NCBI GenBank assembly: GCA_032654565.1
Contig: JAULAX010000015.1
Coordinates: forward strand, 32,001-96,000
Length of the DNA: 64,000 bases
From: Anaeromyxobacteraceae bacterium
GTDB lineage: Bacteria; Myxococcota; Myxococcia; Myxococcales; Anaeromyxobacteraceae
Reading direction: 5' to 3'
Shown here: in pieces, positions 1-9,698 of the stretch
How positions within the stretch are numbered: position 1 is the stretch's first letter
How the letters are laid out: the number at the start of each line of letters is the position of its first letter
Made by a program: the position numbers and the translations under genes
Notes under the pieces: model-generated
What the model saw: the letters and a program-made list of their open reading frames with translations, nothing else
What the model was told of the DNA's origin: nothing
Database searches by the model: none

Positions 1-1185
1 ACCGCCGTCGAGGCGACCGTGGCGCCGCCCCCCACCCCCGGGCCGCCGCAGACCGCGACCTGGCTGCCGTTGGTCGCGCCCGGCGCGCCGGCGCTGCGCT
101 GGGGCGAGCCCGCCCGGTGCCTGGTCACGCCGGCCGGCCGCTTCCGCGCCCAGTGCGACGCCGCGGCGCGGCGCTGCCTCATCGCCCCCGACGCCACGCT
201 CGGTCACGACGGGCAGGTCACCGGCCCGCTGGAGCGGGTCGGGCCGTGCGCCCTGCCGGTGCTGCTCCCGGCCGAGGTGGCCGGCTTCGAGCAGGTCCCG
301 GCCCTCGCCGAGAGCCCGCCCGGCTTCCGCCGCGACGAGCGGCAGCGCGCCTCGCAGATCTCCTTCGACCTGGCCCGCCGGGTCTGGCTGGGCGGCGGAT
401 GGGCCTCGGGCGGGCTGCCCTGGTCCAACCAGGGCGTGGTCTCGTCGGGCGCCCGCATCGACCACCCCTCCCTCGACGCCGGGGTCCCGACCATCGTCCG
501 GGTCCGCTTCCTCGAGGGCTGGGCGGCGGTGGACGGCAGCGCCGCCGGCTTCAGCGCCGTCGAGGTCGACGCCACCCGCGCCTACCCGCACCCGCTGCTG
601 CGGCTCACCACCTTCGTGGGCCGGCCCCGCCGCTTCGATCCGCCGCTCTACGCCGGCCTCTGGGCCGAGGCGCTCCGCTTCGAGACCCTGAAGACCCGGT
701 CCGGCGCGCGCTACCAGCGGACCCGGACCGCCGCCGCGGCGCTCACCTTCGACGTCTGGCGCACCGACGATCTCGCCGACTTCATCCGGCTCAAGCTGGG
801 CGGGGGGTACGAGAAGGCGACCGGCGGCAGCGGCGACTGGCCGCTGATCTTCGCCGTCGAGGGGGACGCCCGGCTGGATCGCGACGGGCTCCACCACCTG
901 CGCGGCTCGCTCGGCACCGAGCTGGTCCTGCCCCGCGGGGCCGGGCCGGCGGCGCCGCTGCCGCAGCGCCGGCAGCGCCAGCACGTCCGGGCCGAGTACG
1001 AGTGGATCCTCTTCTCGATCAACGACCAGCCCGCCTCGCTGGTGGTGGCGGCCGGCGGGCAGCGGCGGAACGACGTGCCCGACTGGCCCACCGGCTGGGT
1101 CGGCGAGGTCACCGCCCAGCTCCGCTTCAGCCTCTGGGCGCCGCCGCTGCGCGCCGCCGCGACGCAGGAGTCGCTGGAGCGTTGA
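1..1185 (+). CDS. Hypothetical exported protein, 5'-truncated by the window edge; probable beta-strand-rich outer-membrane protein
   Basis: Frame is open from base 1 to TGA 1183-1185 with normal coding composition; amphipathic beta-like C-terminus (GWVGEVTAQLRFSLW); motifs shared with the next gene. Confidence 0.7.
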   Translation, partial: TAVEATVAPPPTPGPPQTATWLPLVAPGAPALRWGEPARCLVTPAGRFRAQCDAAARRCLIAPDATLGHDGQVTGPLERVGPCALPVLLPAEVAGFEQVPALAESPPGFRRDERQRASQISFDLARRVWLGGGWASGGLPWSNQGVVSSGARIDHPSLDAGVPTIVRVRFLEGWAAVDGSAAGFSAVEVDATRAYPHPLLRLTTFVGRPRRFDPPLYAGLWAEALRFETLKTRSGARYQRTRTAAAALTFDVWRTDDLADFIRLKLGGGYEKATGGSGDWPLIFAVEGDARLDRDGLHHLRGSLGTELVLPRGAGPAAPLPQRRQRQHVRAEYEWILFSINDQPASLVVAAGGQRRNDVPDWPTGWVGEVTAQLRFSLWAPPLRAAATQESLER

Positions 1186-2051
1186 CCGTGGTCGCCCCCC
1201 TCCTGCTTGCCGTCCTGGCGGCGGCCGGGCCCCCGTGCCTCGTCACCGACGAGGCCGGCCGGACCTTCCCGGCCTGCTTCGACCCCGGCCACCGGCTGGA
1301 GGGCTCGGCGGGCTGGCGCGGCGGCGGGGGGCTGCCGGCGGGCGGCGGGCTGCAGCTGGCGGCCGCGCTCCGCTGGCGCTCCGACACCACCGGCCCGGGC
1401 GGCGTCACCGAGTGGCTCCGCGACCAGGCCTTCCTCGACGCCGCGACCACCGCCGTGGGCGGACGGGTGGTCGACGCCGAGGGGGTGGCCTGGCGCGGCG
1501 TCTTCCTGCGCCACCTTGCCGAGCCCTTCATCCTGGTGCCGGGGCCGCGGCCGACCCGCCTCCCCTTCCCCTTCGACGTCGGCGTGGCGGTGCAGGCCGG
1601 CGGCGTCCGCTGGGAGCGGGCCCGGGAGCGGCGGCTGGAGGTCGAGGTGCTCCGCTCCACGCTGCTGCTCGACCTGGTCCGGCTCGGCCTGCCGCTGCGG
1701 CGCGCCGCCTTCGGCCCGGAGCTGGCCTACGGGGTGGACGTGGAGCGCGAGCTGCGCCCGGTCCACCGGGTGGTCCCCTTCACCGGCGGGGCCCTCGACC
1801 TGCGCGCCGAGTCGGCCGACGGGCTCTGGAGCGCCTCGCTGGTGGCGCGGGCCGGCGCCGGGCTGCGCGCCCCGGGCGGCTGGCGCGGCTACGCCGAGGG
1901 GACGCTGATGGTCGAGCGGGTGGTGCTGGCGGTGAACGACCGGCCGCTGGCCCTCTTCCTGTCGCTGTCCGGCCGCGACGCCCCGGCCGGCGAGCGGCTG
2001 GCGGCCACCGCTGGGCTGCGGCTGGCGCTGGCCCGGGCCGTGGTCCGGTAA
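1182..2051 (+). CDS. Hypothetical exported protein, paralog of the upstream gene
   Basis: TTG 1182 overlaps the upstream TGA (alternative GTG 1188); signal-like VVAPLLLAVLAAA; ERVVLAVNDRPL resembles EWILFSINDQPA of the upstream gene. Confidence 0.7.
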   Translation: MTVVAPLLLAVLAAAGPPCLVTDEAGRTFPACFDPGHRLEGSAGWRGGGGLPAGGGLQLAAALRWRSDTTGPGGVTEWLRDQAFLDAATTAVGGRVVDAEGVAWRGVFLRHLAEPFILVPGPRPTRLPFPFDVGVAVQAGGVRWERARERRLEVEVLRSTLLLDLVRLGLPLRRAAFGPELAYGVDVERELRPVHRVVPFTGGALDLRAESADGLWSASLVARAGAGLRAPGGWRGYAEGTLMVERVVLAVNDRPLALFLSLSGRDAPAGERLAATAGLRLALARAVVR

Positions 2052-2117
2052 CCAGGCGCGGGCGCGGCCACCGGCTCGTGACCCCGCTCGGCCGGCCGGT
2101 CCGCCGCCGGCCCGTCG

Positions 2118-2462
2118 CTACCCGGGCGGCCAGCCCATCTGCCGCCCGCCCAGCACGTGCAGGTGGAGGTGCCAGACCACCTGGCCCCCCTCCTGGTTGG
2201 TGTTGAAGGAGGCGCGCCAGCCCCGCTCGGCGACGCCGCCCGCCCGGGCCACCTCGGCGGCGACGCGGAGCAGGTGGCCGGCCAGCGGCTCGTCGGCGGC
2301 GGCCAGCTCGTTCAGGTTGACGAGGTGGCGCCGCGGGATGACCAGGGCGTGGAACGGCGCCTGCGGGTTGATGTCGGCGAAGGCGACGCACTGCTCGTCG
2401 GAGTGGAGCAGCTTCACCGGCAGCGCGCCCGAGGCGATTGTGCAGAAGAGGCAGTCGGACAT
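2118..2462 (-). CDS. hinT: Histidine triad nucleotide-binding protein (HIT family)
   Basis: N-terminal DCLFC, DINPQAPFHALVIP, and HLHLHVLGG histidine triad. Confidence 0.95.
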   Translation of the reverse strand: MSDCLFCTIASGALPVKLLHSDEQCVAFADINPQAPFHALVIPRRHLVNLNELAAADEPLAGHLLRVAAEVARAGGVAERGWRASFNTNQEGGQVVWHLHLHVLGGRQMGWPPG

Positions 2463-2627
2463 GGCGGCGACGCTACCATCGTCCCGGGCCCGACGCCGCG
2501 TCAGGCTGGCGCTGGAGGCGGACCCGCCGACCTCGGGTCCGGTGCCGGGGAGGTCGGGCCGCCCCGGTCACACGCCAGCCGGGCCCGCCTCCACTATGAT
2601 GTCCCTCGCCCCGAACCAGGAGCGCAC

Positions 2628-4799
2628 ATGCACCGCACCGCCCTCGCCGCCGCCCTCGCGCTCACCCTCGCCCCGCCCGCCGCCGCCGCGCCGCCGGCCC
2701 CCACGCCGGCCTCGACCAACGCCATGACCACCGCCACGCCCGCCCCCGCCGCGCCCACGCCCGACGACCCCTACCGCTGGCTCGAGGAGGTGCAGGGCGA
2801 GCAGGCGCTGGCCTGGGCCCGGGCCCGCAACGCCGAGACCGCCGCCGTGCTCGACGCCTCGCCCGGCTTCGCGGCGCTGGAGCAGCGGCTGCTCTCCATC
2901 TTCGACTCGAAGGAGAAGATCCCCTACGTCGAGCAGCTGGGCGGCGCCTGGTACAACCTCTGGAAGGACGCCGCCAACCCGCGCGGCCTGTGGCGGCGGA
3001 CCACGCCGGCCGAGTACCGCACCGCGGCGCCGAAGTGGGAGACGGTGCTCGACCTCGACGCCCTGGGGGCGGCCGAGAAGGAGAACTGGGTCTTCCACGG
3101 CGCCACCTGCCTCAAGCCGGAGGAGCGCTTCTGCCTGCTGAGCCTCTCCCGCGGCGGCGCCGACGCCGCGGTGGTGCGCGAGTTCGACCTGAAGACCCGC
3201 CGCTTCGTGGAGGGTGGCTTCTCCCTGCCCGAGGCCAAGAGCCGGACCACCTGGATCGACAAGGACACGCTCTTCGTCGGCACCGACTTCGGCCCCGGCT
3301 CGCTCACCGACTCCGGCTACCCGCGGCTGGTGAAGCGCTGGAAGCGAGGCACGCCCATCGCCGCGGCCACGCTGGTCTACGAGGCCCGGCCGGCCGACAT
3401 GGGCGCGGCCGGCTGGCGCGACCCCACCAGGGGGTTCGAGCGCGACTTCGTGGAGCGCACCATCACCTTCTACTCCAACCAGCTCTTCCTGCTGCGCGGC
3501 GCGACGCTGGTGAAGGTGGAGAAGCCGGACAGCGCCGACGCCAGCGTCTTCCGGGAGTGGCTCTTCCTCCAGCTGCGCGACGACTGGACGGTGGGCGGGA
3601 CGACCTGGCCGGCCGGATCGCTGCTGGCCACCCGCCTGGAGCGGTTCCTGGCCGGGGACCGGACCTTCGACCAGCTCTTCACGCCGGGTGAGCGCCGGTC
3701 GCTGGTCTCCTTCTCGCCGACCCGCCACCACCTGCTGCTCAACGAGCTCGACGACGTCCGCGGCCGGGTCTCCCTGCTCACCCCCGGCGCCGCCGGCTGG
3801 AAGCGCCAGCCGCTCCCCGGGGCGCCGGAGCTGGTCACCGTGGGGGTCAGCCCCATCGACCCCGACCACTCCGACGACTACTTCATGACCGTCACCGGCT
3901 ACACCACCCCCACCTCGCTGCTGCACGGCACCGCCGGCGGCGCCGCGCCCCGGCCGCTCAAGCAGTTGCCCGCCTACTTCGACGCCGCCGGGCTCACCGT
4001 CTCGCAGCACCAGGCGGTCTCGGCCGACGGCACCCGGGTCCCCTACTTCCAGGTGGCCCGCGCCGGCCTGAAGCTCGACGGCCAGAACCCCACGCTCCTC
4101 TACGGGTACGGCGGCTTCGAGATCTCGCTGCTCCCCGGCTACGCCGCCTCGGTGGGCGCGGCCTGGCTGGAGCGCGGAGGCGTCTACGTGGTGGCCAACA
4201 TCCGCGGCGGCGGCGAGTTCGGCCCGCGCTGGCACCAGGCGGCCCTGAAGGCGGGGCGGCCGCGGGCGTACGAGGACTTCATCGCCGTGGCCGAGGACCT
4301 GGTGAAGCAGCGGGTGACCGGCCCGACGCGGCTCGGCATCCACGGGGGCAGCAACGGCGGCCTGCTGATGGGGAACATGCTGGTGCGGCGCCCCGACCTC
4401 TTCGGCGCCGTCGTCTGCCAGGTGCCGCTGCTCGACATGCGCCGCTACCACCTGCTGCTGGCGGGGGCCAGCTGGATGGGCGAGTACGGCAACCCCGACG
4501 ACCCGGCCGAGTGGGCCTTCATCGAGGGCTTCTCGCCCTACCACCAGGTGAAGCCGGGGGTGCGCTACCCGCCCACCCTCTTCATGACCTCGACCCGCGA
4601 CGACCGGGTCCACCCCGGCCACGCCCGCAAGATGATGGCCCGGCTCATGGAGTCGAAGCAGCCGGTGCTGGCCTACGAGAACATCGAGGGGGGGCACGGC
4701 GGGGCCGCCAACAACCAGCAGGCGGCCCACATGGCGGCGCTCACCTACACCTTCCTCTGGCAGCGGCTGGGCGGGGCCACCCCGGCGGCGAAGCCCTAG
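2628..4799 (+). CDS. Prolyl oligopeptidase family (S9A) serine peptidase, exported
   Basis: AGGAG RBS before ATG 2628; signal peptide; DPYRWLE, YGYGGF, NIRGGGEFG, GGSNGG nucleophile, DDRVHP, GGHG. Confidence 0.95.
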   Translation: MHRTALAAALALTLAPPAAAAPPAPTPASTNAMTTATPAPAAPTPDDPYRWLEEVQGEQALAWARARNAETAAVLDASPGFAALEQRLLSIFDSKEKIPYVEQLGGAWYNLWKDAANPRGLWRRTTPAEYRTAAPKWETVLDLDALGAAEKENWVFHGATCLKPEERFCLLSLSRGGADAAVVREFDLKTRRFVEGGFSLPEAKSRTTWIDKDTLFVGTDFGPGSLTDSGYPRLVKRWKRGTPIAAATLVYEARPADMGAAGWRDPTRGFERDFVERTITFYSNQLFLLRGATLVKVEKPDSADASVFREWLFLQLRDDWTVGGTTWPAGSLLATRLERFLAGDRTFDQLFTPGERRSLVSFSPTRHHLLLNELDDVRGRVSLLTPGAAGWKRQPLPGAPELVTVGVSPIDPDHSDDYFMTVTGYTTPTSLLHGTAGGAAPRPLKQLPAYFDAAGLTVSQHQAVSADGTRVPYFQVARAGLKLDGQNPTLLYGYGGFEISLLPGYAASVGAAWLERGGVYVVANIRGGGEFGPRWHQAALKAGRPRAYEDFIAVAEDLVKQRVTGPTRLGIHGGSNGGLLMGNMLVRRPDLFGAVVCQVPLLDMRRYHLLLAGASWMGEYGNPDDPAEWAFIEGFSPYHQVKPGVRYPPTLFMTSTRDDRVHPGHARKMMARLMESKQPVLAYENIEGGHGGAANNQQAAHMAALTYTFLWQRLGGATPAAKP

Positions 4800-4808
4800 A
4801 GACCCGCG

Positions 4809-5258
4809 CTAGAAGAGCTTCCGGGTGTCGAGCAGGATGGTGACCGGTCCGTCGTTGACCAGCTCCACCGCCATGTCGGCGCGGAAGATCCCGGTGGCCA
4901 CCGGCAGCCCCTTCTGCCGCAGCAGCGCGCAGGTGCGCTGGTAGAGGGCGTCGGCCGCCTCGGGCGGCGCGGCGTCGGTGAAGCCGGGGCGGTTCCCCTT
5001 GCGGGCGTCGCCGAGCAGCGTGAACTGCGAGATCACCAGCAGGCCGCCCCCCACCTCGTGGAGCGCCAGGTTCATCTTGCCGGCGGCGTCCTCGAAGATG
5101 CGCAGCCCGGCCAGCTTGTCGGCCATGGCCGCGGCGTCGGCCTCGCCGTCCTCGCGGGCCACCCCCAGCAGGACCACCAGCCCCCGGCCCACCGCACCGA
5201 CCGGCGCCCCTTCGACCCGCACCTCGCCCCGGCTGACCCGCTGCACCACCGCTCGCAT
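4809..5258 (-). CDS. dtd: D-aminoacyl-tRNA deacylase
   Basis: [18 protein letters not shown] and NDGPVT motifs. Confidence 0.97.
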   Translation of the reverse strand: MRAVVQRVSRGEVRVEGAPVGAVGRGLVVLLGVAREDGEADAAAMADKLAGLRIFEDAAGKMNLALHEVGGGLLVISQFTLLGDARKGNRPGFTDAAPPEAADALYQRTCALLRQKGLPVATGIFRADMAVELVNDGPVTILLDTRKLF

Positions 5259-5283
5259 GGGGGACCATGATACTCCTTGGCGG

Positions 5284-6309
5284 ATGCTCCTCCTGCGAGA
5301 CGCCCAGCGGAGCGACCTGACCGGGCTGGCGGCCCTGGCCGCCGAGCTCGACTCGGTCAACCTGCCCAACGACCGGCGCGCCCTCGGCCAGATCGTCGAC
5401 CGCTCGGTGCGCAGCTTCACCGGCCGAATCACCAACCCGCTGGGCCGGTCCTACGTCTTCGTGGCCGAGCGGCCGCGCGGCGGCCGGCTGGTGGGCACCT
5501 CGATGGTCATCGCCAAGCACGGCACCCGCGAGTCGCCCTGCACCTTCTTCACCGTCGGCGAGAAGGAGCACTACTCCTCGTCGCTCGATCGCCACTTCCG
5601 CCACGCCATCCTCTCGCTCGGCTACCACTTCGACGGCCCCACCGAGATCGGCGGGCTGGTGGTGGGGCCCGGGGCGCGCCGCGGCGCCGAGCGGGCCGGC
5701 ACGCAGCTCTCCTTCGTCCGCTTCCTCTACATGGCCATGCACCGGCGCCACTTCCGCGCCACCGTGCTGGCCGAGCTGATGGGGCCGCTCACCCCCGACG
5801 GCAAGAGCGCCTTCTGGGAGGCCTTCGGCCGCGCCTTCACCGGCCTCGACTACCAGGCCGCCGACAAGCTCTCCCGCCAGAACAAGGAGTTCATCCAGCA
5901 GCTCTTCCCCCCCTTCGACGTCTACGCCAGCCTGCTCTCCCCGCCGGCCCGCCGGGCCCTCGGCGCGGTGGGAGAGAAGGCCCGGCCGGTGCAGGCCATG
6001 CTGGAGCGGCTCGGCTTCAGCTACGTCCACCGCGTCGATCCCTTCGACGGCGGGCCGCACTACGAGGCGCCGCTGGCCGGCATCTCGCTCGTCAAGGCCC
6101 ACCGGAGCGCGGCGCTGGAGGCGGCCCCGCTGCGCGCCGACGCGCCGGAGCGGCTGGTGGCGCGCACCCTGGCCCGCGGGCCGAACCGCTTCCGGGCGGT
6201 GCGGACGCCGGCCCGGCTCGGCGGCGGCCGCCTGGCGCTGCCGGCCGCGGCGACCCGCCTGCTCGGGGCCACGCCCGGCGAGACCCTGCACCTCATCCCC
6301 TTCGACTGA
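5284..6309 (+). CDS. astA: Arginine N-succinyltransferase family protein (AstA-like)
   Basis: [37 protein letters not shown] motifs typical of AstA. Confidence 0.8.
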   Translation: MLLLRDAQRSDLTGLAALAAELDSVNLPNDRRALGQIVDRSVRSFTGRITNPLGRSYVFVAERPRGGRLVGTSMVIAKHGTRESPCTFFTVGEKEHYSSSLDRHFRHAILSLGYHFDGPTEIGGLVVGPGARRGAERAGTQLSFVRFLYMAMHRRHFRATVLAELMGPLTPDGKSAFWEAFGRAFTGLDYQAADKLSRQNKEFIQQLFPPFDVYASLLSPPARRALGAVGEKARPVQAMLERLGFSYVHRVDPFDGGPHYEAPLAGISLVKAHRSAALEAAPLRADAPERLVARTLARGPNRFRAVRTPARLGGGRLALPAAATRLLGATPGETLHLIPFD

Positions 6310-6326
6310 GCCCGAAAGGCGCCGCC

Positions 6327-7010
6327 ATGACCCCCTCCCCGCGACTCCTGGTGCCGCTCACCCTGCTGCTCTCCGCCTGCGCCACCGGCCGCCCCGGCGC
6401 GGCGCCCCAGGCCCAGCGGCCCGGGGCCCCGGTGGTGGCGCGGGGGCAGCCCGAGGCCGAGGCCCGCGCCGCCGACCTGGCCTTCTCCGCCGCCACCGCC
6501 GCGCACGACGAGCGGGCCTTCGCGTCCTTCATCGCCCCCGACGCCGTCTTCGTGAGCCGGGAGGGGGTGGCCGTCGGGGTGGCCGCCATCGGCATCGACT
6601 GGGCCCCGCTGCTGGCCCCCGAGGGGCCGACGCTCACCTGGGCCCCGGACTCGGCGCTGGCCGCCGGCAGCGGCGACCTGGTGCTGACCCGCGGCGGCTG
6701 GACCCTGGCCTCGCCGGCCGGCGCCCCCGCCGGGGCCGGCCGCTACGTCACGCTCTGGAGGCGCGAGCCCGACGGCAAGCTCCGGGCGGTGCTCGACGCC
6801 CTCGACGCGCCGCTCCCGCTCGAGTCGGCCTCGGCGACGCGCCACCCGCTCCGCCGCCTCATCTCCAGCGACGAGCGGGTCAGCGCCGTGGCCGGCCTGC
6901 TCCTCGACGGCCTGAAGGAGGTGGGCGGCTTCATGCTGGTGGAGGTGCGCGAGGGGGACACCTGGCGCCTGCTGGTCGAGGTGGGAAGCTGGCGGCCGGG
7001 CGGGCGCTAG
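6327..7010 (+). CDS. NTF2-like (DUF4440/SnoaL-like) lipoprotein
   Basis: Lipobox LLSAC; ADLAFS...LTWAP...SGDL...GRYVTLWRREPDGKLRAVLD. Confidence 0.75.
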   Translation: MTPSPRLLVPLTLLLSACATGRPGAAPQAQRPGAPVVARGQPEAEARAADLAFSAATAAHDERAFASFIAPDAVFVSREGVAVGVAAIGIDWAPLLAPEGPTLTWAPDSALAAGSGDLVLTRGGWTLASPAGAPAGAGRYVTLWRREPDGKLRAVLDALDAPLPLESASATRHPLRRLISSDERVSAVAGLLLDGLKEVGGFMLVEVREGDTWRLLVEVGSWRPGGR

Positions 7011-7604
7011 CTAGATCCTGGTCAGCCTCGCCAGCAGCGCCCTGGCGGGCGGCGCCCCGACCCGCTCGAAGCCGGCCGGCCTCACCTCCATGGTGGCGAA
7101 GAGGGAGCGGAAGGCCTCGCGGATGTCGTCCTCCGACACCCGGCGCGGGCCCGGGCCGGGCGGCTCCTCGGTGGACCAGGCGAGGATGAAGAGATCGGCG
7201 CCGGACGAGGTCACCTCGGCCAGCGACTCGGCGTAGCGCCGTCGGTCGGCGTCGGAGAAGACGTGGAAGAGGCCGACGTCGATGACGGTCTCGAAGCGCT
7301 TGCGCAGCCGCCCGAGCTGCAGCGCGTCCCAGACGTGGAACTGGGCCGGCAGCTTCCGCTCGACCGCCTTCTGGCGGGCCCGCTCGATCCCGGTGGCCGA
7401 GCCGTCGAGGCCCCAGACCTGGTGGCCGCGGCCGGCCAGGTAGAGGGCGTTCTCGCCGGTGCCGCAGCCGATGTCGAGCACGGCGCCCACGATCAGGCCG
7501 GCCTCGGCCAGCGCCACGATCTCGGCCTGGGGCCGGCCGATGTCCCACGGCGCGTCGCCGCGCTGGTAATCGGCCTCGAAATCACGGTGCGGGCCCTCGC
7601 TCAT
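7011..7604 (-). CDS. Class I SAM-dependent methyltransferase (TPMT/TehB-like)
   Basis: GGAGG RBS; APWDIGRPQ, VLDIGCGTG motif I, IDVGLFHVF. Confidence 0.9.
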   Translation of the reverse strand: MSEGPHRDFEADYQRGDAPWDIGRPQAEIVALAEAGLIVGAVLDIGCGTGENALYLAGRGHQVWGLDGSATGIERARQKAVERKLPAQFHVWDALQLGRLRKRFETVIDVGLFHVFSDADRRRYAESLAEVTSSGADLFILAWSTEEPPGPGPRRVSEDDIREAFRSLFATMEVRPAGFERVGAPPARALLARLTRI

Positions 7605-7669
7605 GCCGTCCTCCTTGCCGCGGCCGGGCTCCCGGCGCAAGCCGGATTCCAGGCGTCGCGGGCGTCGCC

Positions 7670-8839
7670 CTACTCCACCGCCAGCAGGTCGTCGGGGAGG
7701 TCGGTGAAGCGCTCTCCGCCCCCCTCGGCCACGGCGAAGGTGTTCTCGATGCCCACCGCCCCCAGCCCGGGGAAGACGAACTTCGGCTCGATGGCCAGGG
7801 TCATGCCGGCGCGGAGCGGGGCGTCGAAGCCCGGCGCCAGCACCGGCACCTCGTCCAGCTCCATGCCGATGCCGTGGCCGACGAAGCGCGCCTGCGCCCC
7901 GGGCGGCCCCATGAACAGGCCGCCCAGGCCGGCCTCCTCGGCGCGCCGGCTGGCCAGCGCGAAGAGCTGGCTGGGCACGGCCCCGGGCACCAGCCCGGCC
8001 GCCAGCTCGTCCTGTATGGCGCGGGCCACCTCGAAGCCGCGCCGCAGCTCGGGCGGCAGCGTCCCGCAGACCGCCAGCCGGGTCATGTCGGTGAGGTAGC
8101 CGCCCAGGTTGGCGGTGTAGTCGAGCAGCACCGGCGCGTCGCGCCCCACCAGGTCGCGGGAGGCCCCCAGCGGCGAGGAGGGGGAGAGGCCGCGGCCGGT
8201 GACCGGCCCGTCGAAGTAGCTGGGGGCGGTGGCGCCGCCGCCGGCCACCGCCAGCCCCATGAAGAACTCCTGGTTCCAGCCCCGCACCCGCGGGCTCCCC
8301 TCGTTGCCGGCCCGGCGCATCCGCGCCTCCAGCTCCGCGGCCAGGTCGAGCTCGCGCATCCCCGGGCGGAGGAACTCCGGCACCTGGCGCAGCACGCCGG
8401 AGAGCAGCAGCGAGGTGGCGCGCATCCGCGCCAGCTCCCAGGCCGACTTGACGCTGCGCAGCTCGCGCACCGTCATGGAGAGGTCGGTCCACTCGACGCC
8501 GGGCAGCGCCTTGCCCCAGAACTGCTGCACCGCCACCGGCACGGTGTCGAAGGTGAGGCCGAGGCGCCGGGCCCCGCCGCAGAGGGAGGCCAGCTCGCGC
8601 GACGGCGGGAAGGGGAGCACCCGCGCCAGCGGGCTCTCGGCCCGGGCCCGCTCCAGGCTCTTGCGGACCAGCAACGCCGGCTCCCCCGCCACCGGCACCC
8701 AGAGCGCCGCGGTCTGGCGGGTGCCGGAGAGCCAGAGGACGTCGACGGCCTGGAGCACCAGCGCCCCCTCCAGCTGGCGGGCGGCCAGCGCCGCGCGGAG
8801 GTCGGTGAGGCGGCGGGTGCACTCGGCGGCCGGGGTCAT
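7670..8839 (-). CDS. Xaa-Pro peptidase family protein (M24) with creatinase-type N-domain
   Basis: LRSVKSAWE; metal ligands in D..GYLTDMTR, GHGIG, IEPK and GIEN. Confidence 0.9.
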   Translation of the reverse strand: MTPAAECTRRLTDLRAALAARQLEGALVLQAVDVLWLSGTRQTAALWVPVAGEPALLVRKSLERARAESPLARVLPFPPSRELASLCGGARRLGLTFDTVPVAVQQFWGKALPGVEWTDLSMTVRELRSVKSAWELARMRATSLLLSGVLRQVPEFLRPGMRELDLAAELEARMRRAGNEGSPRVRGWNQEFFMGLAVAGGGATAPSYFDGPVTGRGLSPSSPLGASRDLVGRDAPVLLDYTANLGGYLTDMTRLAVCGTLPPELRRGFEVARAIQDELAAGLVPGAVPSQLFALASRRAEEAGLGGLFMGPPGAQARFVGHGIGMELDEVPVLAPGFDAPLRAGMTLAIEPKFVFPGLGAVGIENTFAVAEGGGERFTDLPDDLLAVE

Positions 8840-8843
8840 GACC

Positions 8844-9692
8844 TCACTCCGTACCACGCCCGGCGGCGCCGCCCAGCCAGCGATGGAGTCGGGGCCCGGC
8901 GGCGTAGCCGGCCGCGGCGAAGACCACGCCCGCCAGCAGGTCGACCACGTAGTGGACGTGGATGTAGACGGTGGAGAAGACGATGACCGCCGCCCAGGCG
9001 CCGAGGATGGGCGCGGCCCGGGGGAAGCGGGTGGCGGCCAGCGCCACCGGCAGGATCGAGAGCGCGGTGTGGCCGCTGGGGAAGGCGTCGAGGGTGGTGG
9101 CCTCGGCGGCCGCCAGGAAGGCCCGCGCCGCCGCGCTCACCGCGCCGCCGCCCAGCAGGGCCTCCTCGGGGACCGGGACCCGTGGCCCCGAGGCCGGCAG
9201 GCCGAGGTAGCCGAGGTAGGTCAGGTAGAAGGTGGCCAGCAGCGTCACCCCCACCACCTCACCGTCGGCCGGATCGCACCGGCGCGCCGCCAGGTAGACC
9301 CCCAGCGGCAGCGCGTAGTAGCTCAGGTAGCCGAGGTAGGCGGCGTCGGTGAGCAGCGCCGGTCGCCCCAGCGCCCCCTGCCAGGCCACCACCAGCCCGG
9401 CGAACCAGCGGGCGTCGAGGTCGGCCAGGGCGCCGTCCCAGCGGACCGGGTTGACCGCCTCGATGAGCGGCTGGAGCACGGCGTAGACCACCAGCACCGC
9501 CGCCACCGGCAACAGGTCGCGCAGCAGGCCGGCCGCGCCGCGCCGCTCGCCGCCCCGGGCCAGCCACCAGGTGGCGCCGGCGAAGAGGGCCAGGGCCGCC
9601 AGGTGGAGGCCGGTCCCGGGCGGCCGCGCCGCGGCGAAGGCCGCCGAGAGCGCCACCAGCACCGCCAGGGTGAGCCGCTCGGTGGGGCGCAC
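8844..9692 (-). CDS. PAP2-superfamily membrane protein (Aur1/IPC-synthase-like)
   Basis: Several TM helices; YLSYY, PASGP, DAFPSGH and HYVVD motifs. Confidence 0.85.
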   Translation of the reverse strand: MRPTERLTLAVLVALSAAFAAARPPGTGLHLAALALFAGATWWLARGGERRGAAGLLRDLLPVAAVLVVYAVLQPLIEAVNPVRWDGALADLDARWFAGLVVAWQGALGRPALLTDAAYLGYLSYYALPLGVYLAARRCDPADGEVVGVTLLATFYLTYLGYLGLPASGPRVPVPEEALLGGGAVSAAARAFLAAAEATTLDAFPSGHTALSILPVALAATRFPRAAPILGAWAAVIVFSTVYIHVHYVVDLLAGVVFAAAGYAAGPRLHRWLGGAAGRGTE

Positions 9693-9698
9693 GCCGCC

